The notes beneath the pieces are model-generated. The model ran no database searches and was not told the origin of the DNA. It was given only the letters and a program-made list of their open reading frames with translations. A stretch of DNA of 64,000 nucleotides from Nitrospirota bacterium (GTDB lineage: Bacteria > Nitrospirota > UBA9217). Position numbers and translations under genes: made by a program. This document shows, in pieces, positions 58,593-64,000 of the stretch (its first letter is position 1; each line of letters starts with the position of its first letter). Location: NCBI GenBank assembly GCA_963737155.1, contig CAVTRN010000002.1, forward strand, positions 1,632,001 to 1,696,000. Reading direction: 5' to 3'.

Positions 58593-58637
58593 GGCTAACA
58601 AGCGCCTCAACAGCGGCGCGTCAGGCGCACATATTAT
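58593..58637 (+). repeat. Short attC-like site with the R' core lost
   Basis: GGCTAAC AAGCGCCTCAACAGCGGCGCGTCAGGCGC; 29/32 identical to the 55683 site. Confidence 0.6.
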
Positions 58638-58942
58638 AAAAATGTTTATGATTAGACAAATTAAGATGTTTATGAATATCGACGACCTTTTGAAATCAAC
58701 TAAAAACTAATCTTTATGAAACTGGACATGACGAGTGGACTTACGCCTTCGCTGGTATGCGCTCTGCGGTGAAATACAAGAAAAACTTAAATGGCAGCGT
58801 ATGTCCATATGCAACTAACAAATGATGGCGCAAATATGTATCTGACCACAAACTGGGTCACAGCGCCCTGGTAATAAAAAACCTTCAAGTAAAACAAGGC
58901 TAAGATTCCAACCTTCAGCTCAAAAGGGTTCGGACGTTAGAT

Positions 58943-59899
58943 ATGAAAGGAAATAATAAAGTGGGTGAAGATTCTGGGCACGAAATAGAGCTTTTGTTAG
59001 GCGGTGTAATTCCTGAACGTGAGCGAGAGATGAGGGAATATTTAGGAAAATATGCGCCAATTTTTTTTCGTTGCGATGATCGTCCAGGGTTTTTCATAGA
59101 AGCTGGACCATATGGAATATTAAAATTCACACAAAGAACGATGCATCAAATGTGGATTCTCGGTTTTGCAGCAAATCAGGCACTAAATTCATATTCATCG
59201 GCACTTGCCATCCTTCGGCTCAATAGCGAAAATTTAGATACAAATACGATCGCACAAATTCCGGGTCAGGAGCAGGAAGATAATAAATATGCCAACATAA
59301 TAGATTCAGTTTACAAATTAGCAAAGGTAAGTAGACCCTCCGAATTTGATTGGCCGAGTACGGTGCCCATCCCTAATAAAAAACCTACTGATATGGTGGG
59401 CGCCGCGACATTTGATTTAATTTGCATGGCCGGCGCTTACGTGATTCTTCACGAGATGAAACACATCGCATTTTCGATAGATGGGACCGCGCCCGCGAAT
59501 ACCCATGAAGAAGAGCACGCATGCGATCTATTTGCAAAAAGCATGATGCTTTCTGAAATAGAGGCATATTCGAGACAAAGCGGCTATGATCTGAGCAGGT
59601 TAAAATCAAAGCGTGCAATAAGCATTAGCCTAGCATTGTTTTTTATGTTGGTTATCACACCTCAGAAATCCTGGGCTGGTACAGAAACACATCCGAGTAT
59701 TAAAAGTAGAATAGAATCTTTAGTTAACGATCTATCCATTCATGATGACGATATTCTCTGGGTTTACATGGCTTCATTGTTATTGGCTCACTTGCAGTAC
59801 ATGGGCGATCAACATATTGTTTGTAACTTCGTTTCTCTGAAGGATTTGACTATTAATCTTATATCGAGAATTGAAAAGGCATCTAACAAGGCAGATTAG
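58943..59899 (+). CDS. Phage exclusion protein Lit-family zinc metalloprotease (peptidase U49)
   Basis: ILHEMKHI (HExxH), EEHACD, THP motifs; flanked by complementary cassette ends GTTAGAT (58936) and ATCTAAC (59881). Confidence 0.78.
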   Translation: MKGNNKVGEDSGHEIELLLGGVIPEREREMREYLGKYAPIFFRCDDRPGFFIEAGPYGILKFTQRTMHQMWILGFAANQALNSYSSALAILRLNSENLDTNTIAQIPGQEQEDNKYANIIDSVYKLAKVSRPSEFDWPSTVPIPNKKPTDMVGAATFDLICMAGAYVILHEMKHIAFSIDGTAPANTHEEEHACDLFAKSMMLSEIEAYSRQSGYDLSRLKSKRAISISLALFFMLVITPQKSWAGTETHPSIKSRIESLVNDLSIHDDDILWVYMASLLLAHLQYMGDQHIVCNFVSLKDLTINLISRIEKASNKAD

Positions 59900-59949
59900 A
59901 AATTGACTAGGTGACGTTTATACCTATAATGCTTTATCTGAAGCAGAGA

Positions 59950-60007
59950 TTTCAACCTGCGCGTCGAGTACGCCGCGAAAAACTCGCAGCTCACGCGCGT
60001 CTTCATA
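59950..60007 (+). repeat. attC-like site with the R' core lost
   Basis: TTTCAAC CT GCGCGT-C-GAG..GCGA AAAAC TCGC..CTC-ACGCGC. Confidence 0.7.
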
Positions 60008-60276
60008 TGCACCTTTCAAGCCGTATTATGCATTGAAATTTATTCAACATGCTTGCGTGCTTGTAGGTGGAGGTGGGAGGTTAAGAATTTTTAGGAAGGT
60101 TAAATCTTCTGTTTGAATCATGGATATTATGACATGGTTTTTCTGGCAACAAGAACTTCCTGTAATTTTTGAAGTTTCCATTTCTGGCAACACTTCATCT
60201 ATCAGCCTGAACTTGTTAACGTATACCCCATAAATTTCCCCCATCGACAACCCCGTCTAAATCGCCCATTGTCATC

Positions 60277-60327
60277 GACCGATACGACACGACCGATACG
60301 ACAGACCTATACGACGACCTATACGAC
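60277..60327 (+). repeat. Four tandem 12-mers GACC(G/T)ATACGAC
   Basis: Units at 60277, 60291, 60304 and 60316 with spacers of 2, 1 and 0 nt. Confidence 0.9.
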
Positions 60328-60331
60328 GGCG

Positions 60332-60360
60332 TTGACTTCGCCTGGGATGAGGAATATATT
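60332..60360 (+). promoter_or_regulatory. sigma70 promoter for the TIR-TPR gene
   Basis: TTGACT-N17-TATATT; GGAGGA RBS before ATG 60444. Confidence 0.55.
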
Positions 60361-60443
60361 TGTTATAATCTACACGACACGTTTAGATGGCCATTGACAT
60401 ATGTAAATGTTGCCATCAACCGCATTTAATCTGGAGGATATAA

Positions 60444-62417
60444 ATGGATAGAATAGCAGCATTCGTGGGCCACAGCTTTGCGGAAGAGGATGCTGATGTC
60501 GTCAGAAAATTCACAGATTTATTTGATCATATAACCGACTTAGGCATTGGCTTTTCCTGGGTTCACGCAAATGATGCGGAACCCAAAATATTGTCTGAAA
60601 AGGTGCTAGCGCTAATTAAAGATAGGAATCTATTTATTGGAATTTGCACGCCGAGAGAACGTGCAATAGATCAGTATAAACTTAAATTAGCCCCATTATC
60701 AAAGAGCCGGTATTGTGGAGATGAGAAAGATTATTCTTGGAAAACTTCGGATTGGATTATTCAAGAGATAGGTCTCGCCATCGGCCGTGGCATGAATGTT
60801 ATTTTATTAATAGAAAAGGGCCTGAGAGATCCTGGTGGGCTGCAAGGCAATTTGGAATACATTACCTTTGATCGAAATAAACCAGAGGGCGTCTTCACTA
60901 AAATATTAGAAATGATTAAGTCTCTTAAACCCTCTTTAAGCACAAATCCGTCAGCAACCGTTGAACCAGTATCATCAGAAAAAATAGAAGAGGGGAAAAA
61001 ACCTGAAGGTCTCGAGTGGCTAGAGCCTAAAGTTGAATGGGAGAGAAAAGATTATAGTAGGGCACTATTCCATATGTTTATGACTGACGACAAAGTTAGT
61101 GAACAGCGCATCTATGACGCATACTTGTTAACGCCCGATGGCAAAATTGACAAAAATAAAATAAGTTGGTCAGCCGAACGTGAGAGCTGGAAGATTATGT
61201 TGGGGAAAGGTGGTACTCTTTCGATACTTGAAGCGATGGCGCGTGAGCATCCGGATAATGACGAAGTTCTACGATATCTAGCACGCGCCTATAGAGAATA
61301 TAAAGAATTCGAAAAAGCTGCCGGTCAATTGTTAGCTTCAGCCAAACAAAGTACGACTCCCGAGGTGCGGCTTAAGCGATTGGGCGAGGCTGCTGTAGAA
61401 TATAATAAAGCACATCAAGAAAAAGACGTAAATAATGCGGTTGACCAGATGAAAAGTTTAATTGATAATGTTGAAGAAAAAGAAATCATAATTTTGAGAA
61501 CATTAAAACAAATCGCGGAAGATGCGAACGACGATGACAAATATCTTGCATATGCTGAGCGTTTGCTGGACATTGCACCTGCTGACAATGACGTAAGATT
61601 TTCATTGGCATATAAATACTCCGATCTGAAATATAATGAATTAGCATTATATCATTACACGAAGATTCCTTACGCTGAAAGAAATCTAAGCGCATGGAAT
61701 AATATAGGTGTTGCTAATGATAGATTAAGTCTAAATGGCAAGGCTGTGGATGCATATCGAAAAGCAGAAGAATTAGGTGAGACTTTAGCCATGAGTAATC
61801 TAGGGAGCAAGTATTTAGATGCTGGATTTTTTTTAGAGGCAGAAGAAATTTGTAACAAGGCAATAAAGATAGAAAACTATGACAAAAAAATTGGGGAAAC
61901 TATTACAAGAATTAAATCATTGCAAGAAGAAGAGGATAAGAAACAAAAAATAATGCTGGATAATTCAGCATTACTGAGAAAGTTTTTTACAAGTTTCGGC
62001 CACGCTTGTATCCAACAAACGCTTTTGGAGTATAGTGGTGCTTGGGAGCATCCGCGCTGTACTCTCAAATCGGAAATAAAGAATGGAAAGCTCATTGCAA
62101 CGGGTAATTATGAGCAATCGGCATATGGAAATGCACTAGCTACTAGTTTGGCAGGCATATCACCCTGGACGCCTGACAAGCCAACGAATTATTTAATTAG
62201 ATATGAGGGCTCCGTTGAGGGATTTGCAATTCAAGGGACGGTTTCGATAGAAGAGGTTGGAAAATCCATTAGCCCAATACCATCGTTGATGGGTTCAGGA
62301 AAGAGTTCAAAAGATGTCCTAATGGTAATTTCTGATGATAAAAAAGAGATTAGAGTGTGGGAAAAGGGCGCTATTGATAAAGAACGATTCTATTTTCTAA
62401 CTGCACTTGGGAATTAA
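60444..62417 (+). CDS. TIR-like/NDT-fold N-terminal domain plus TPR repeats
   Basis: AFVGHSF, LFIGICT, SDWIIQEIGLAIGRG (candidate catalytic Glu); TPR signatures such as AWNNIGVA...AVDAYRKAEEL and AMSNLG. Confidence 0.72.
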   Translation: MDRIAAFVGHSFAEEDADVVRKFTDLFDHITDLGIGFSWVHANDAEPKILSEKVLALIKDRNLFIGICTPRERAIDQYKLKLAPLSKSRYCGDEKDYSWKTSDWIIQEIGLAIGRGMNVILLIEKGLRDPGGLQGNLEYITFDRNKPEGVFTKILEMIKSLKPSLSTNPSATVEPVSSEKIEEGKKPEGLEWLEPKVEWERKDYSRALFHMFMTDDKVSEQRIYDAYLLTPDGKIDKNKISWSAERESWKIMLGKGGTLSILEAMAREHPDNDEVLRYLARAYREYKEFEKAAGQLLASAKQSTTPEVRLKRLGEAAVEYNKAHQEKDVNNAVDQMKSLIDNVEEKEIIILRTLKQIAEDANDDDKYLAYAERLLDIAPADNDVRFSLAYKYSDLKYNELALYHYTKIPYAERNLSAWNNIGVANDRLSLNGKAVDAYRKAEELGETLAMSNLGSKYLDAGFFLEAEEICNKAIKIENYDKKIGETITRIKSLQEEEDKKQKIMLDNSALLRKFFTSFGHACIQQTLLEYSGAWEHPRCTLKSEIKNGKLIATGNYEQSAYGNALATSLAGISPWTPDKPTNYLIRYEGSVEGFAIQGTVSIEEVGKSISPIPSLMGSGKSSKDVLMVISDDKKEIRVWEKGAIDKERFYFLTALGN

Positions 62418-62547
62418 TTGTCAGTATTAAATATTAAATTGGCAAAGTATAATTTTGCTAATTTATTTTCCCCTAATGCTAACGGCTCAACTACTGGTTT
62501 GTCTGATATCATGATGTTGATTCTGGACCCTATTAGAGGATGTTGGA

Positions 62548-63942
62548 ATGACTAATCAAAAACCGATCCTGCTTCTCAAGAATCTCTCGGCAAAGATCTC
62601 AGGTGTCCACCCCCTACTTTACATTGTTTTGTACATATCAGCGATTCCAGTATTTGCTGGGATATATTTCGCGATACCCTCCGGGTTTTATGCTCCATAT
62701 GCACGACTTGAATATAGCGGTCAGTCAGATGCATACCAAACAGGCGTCCTAATTCAAACTGCCATTCGACGAGCATTGCACGCGCGTTCCTCGAAATCAT
62801 CTGTGTTGGTTCAGAAGCTGAAGGAAAAAGAAGAAATGCTCTATGTCCAAAGACTGTCTGCAATGGATAGCTCAAAAATAAAATTCGAAGTGTTGGCGAT
62901 GCTTTGGGACGAGGGGAAAAGAGGATACATCCAAATCCCCATGAACATAGTGATGCAAGCGTCTTCAGGAATTATTGCATACTCGTCGCGTACTGGTCCA
63001 AAACTGTTTCGATTCGTAGAATTGGACAATGCGGACAGAATTCCAGTCGAATTGCGACATATAGTTTATTCGGCATTTGTGGAGATATTTCGACCACCAG
63101 ATGATATATTTGGTCATGCACCTTTACTAGAACTATCTAGTGATGAGGATCAAAAGCTATCGCGATTCTTCGATGGAATCGGGGGCGATGCCACTGCCAT
63201 AAGTGGAGCATATGGCCGAATGCTATATTTCAGCTCGATGGTTATCACGACTGTCGGTTTTGGTGATATAGTCCCAATAACTGGGCTTGCACGAACTGTC
63301 GTTGCGTTGGAAGCAGCGCTGGGGATTATTTTAGCCGGTCTTTTCCTGAACGCTCTCGCTAACAATCTACTGATAAAAAGTCAATCAATAATTAAATTTA
63401 TTACTGAAAAGGGTAAAGTAAAATATCTATCAGGAATAATATTTGGAGAAAATACCTTTCAAAATGACAATTTATTGTTTTTCAATGGAAAATCAAATTA
63501 TATAGATTTTAAGCAAAGGGAATTTCAATTACCGATAACCATTCAAATGGAATTTAAATTAAATAAGGAAAACGAATGGTGGGCAACATTATTTAGCTGG
63601 AATAATATTGAACAACCACATGATGGAATTCAAATCGCATTAGAAAGAAATAACGAAAATATAGCAAATAGAATTGTTGGTAGAATAGGTGAAGCGGGTA
63701 AAGGTGATATCTTTTCAGATATTGAGATGGATAAAGATCGAAATTGGCATACTGTAACATTATCTGCAGATATTTCTAATATTTATTTAAAGATAGATAG
63801 CTCTGAGACAAAGCAAAAAGCCCGCGAAGATAGATGGTTACCAGATGGCAAAAGATATAATTTGTATATCGGAAAATCGTTTTTAGATGAATTTTTCAAT
63901 GGTACTATCAGAAATATTCAAGTATCCAATCAAAAGCCATAA
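62548..63942 (+). CDS. Two-TM K+ channel (Ion_trans_2) fused to a C-terminal LamG/ConA-like domain
   Basis: YFSSMVITTVGFGDIVP selectivity filter; FNGKSNYI, WHTV, LYIG...FFNGTI LamG motifs. Confidence 0.78.
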   Translation: MTNQKPILLLKNLSAKISGVHPLLYIVLYISAIPVFAGIYFAIPSGFYAPYARLEYSGQSDAYQTGVLIQTAIRRALHARSSKSSVLVQKLKEKEEMLYVQRLSAMDSSKIKFEVLAMLWDEGKRGYIQIPMNIVMQASSGIIAYSSRTGPKLFRFVELDNADRIPVELRHIVYSAFVEIFRPPDDIFGHAPLLELSSDEDQKLSRFFDGIGGDATAISGAYGRMLYFSSMVITTVGFGDIVPITGLARTVVALEAALGIILAGLFLNALANNLLIKSQSIIKFITEKGKVKYLSGIIFGENTFQNDNLLFFNGKSNYIDFKQREFQLPITIQMEFKLNKENEWWATLFSWNNIEQPHDGIQIALERNNENIANRIVGRIGEAGKGDIFSDIEMDKDRNWHTVTLSADISNIYLKIDSSETKQKAREDRWLPDGKRYNLYIGKSFLDEFFNGTIRNIQVSNQKP

Positions 63943-64000
63943 ATTGTATTCACCGCACTTTTCGTTGTTGGATATTCTTTTCGTGATGATCATGTTCGAA

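Larger units (their letters stand above)
46461..64000. mobile_element. AT-rich genomic island (right boundary outside the window) containing an integron-type cassette array
   Basis: Abrupt composition shift inside ligA; accessory ORFs; attC sites; IS21, IS110 and group II intron remnants. Confidence 0.8.

Noticed and set aside
60277-60327. CRISPR array (also considered for the repeats at 48654-48750 and for the attC set)
   Set aside because: Repeats are too short or lack unique ~30-nt spacers, attC sites are separated by whole genes, and no cas genes are present

Overview
Bacterial chromosomal window with two parts. The taxon cannot be fixed from sequence; gene content suggests an anaerobe, possibly Nitrospirota- or Desulfobacterota-like (inference). 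(1) 1 to ~46.46 kb is a visibly GC-richer backbone. It carries a GGDEF cyclase, an MFS transporter, selA-selB, rnr, glnE and nhaA, then two back-to-back six-gene hydrogenase-4-like (Ehr-type) operons whose large subunits lack the NiFe-binding cysteines. After these come a patch of gene remnants (Tex, M23 peptidase, tatA), usp, tatA, rmuC, nadA, era, dedA, a decayed IS200/IS605 tnpB that keeps its 3' omega-RNA/right end, recO, lnt, two adjacent Hfq-like genes (three Sm/Hfq domains), queD and pmbA. Six backbone genes have a sigma70 -10 box only 7-9 nt before the ATG, which suggests leaderless mRNAs. (2) ~46.46 to 64 kb is an AT-rich island that starts by truncating the native ligA and immediately supplies a different full-length NAD-dependent ligase. 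It continues with an IS21-like end, an XRE regulator and a co-oriented array of integron-type cassettes. About seven intact or decayed attC sites are visible, no integrase is in the window, a group IIC-attC intron 5' remnant sits in one attC and an IS110 remnant sits beside another. The cassettes are rich in candidate anti-phage proteins: Mrr-like nuclease, HEPN, Lit protease, TIR-TPR, a two-gene unit with a phage prohead-protease-like Cys/His module, and a K+ channel-LamG fusion. No tRNA, rRNA or CRISPR array was seen. All family calls are by eye from motifs; no database search was run.
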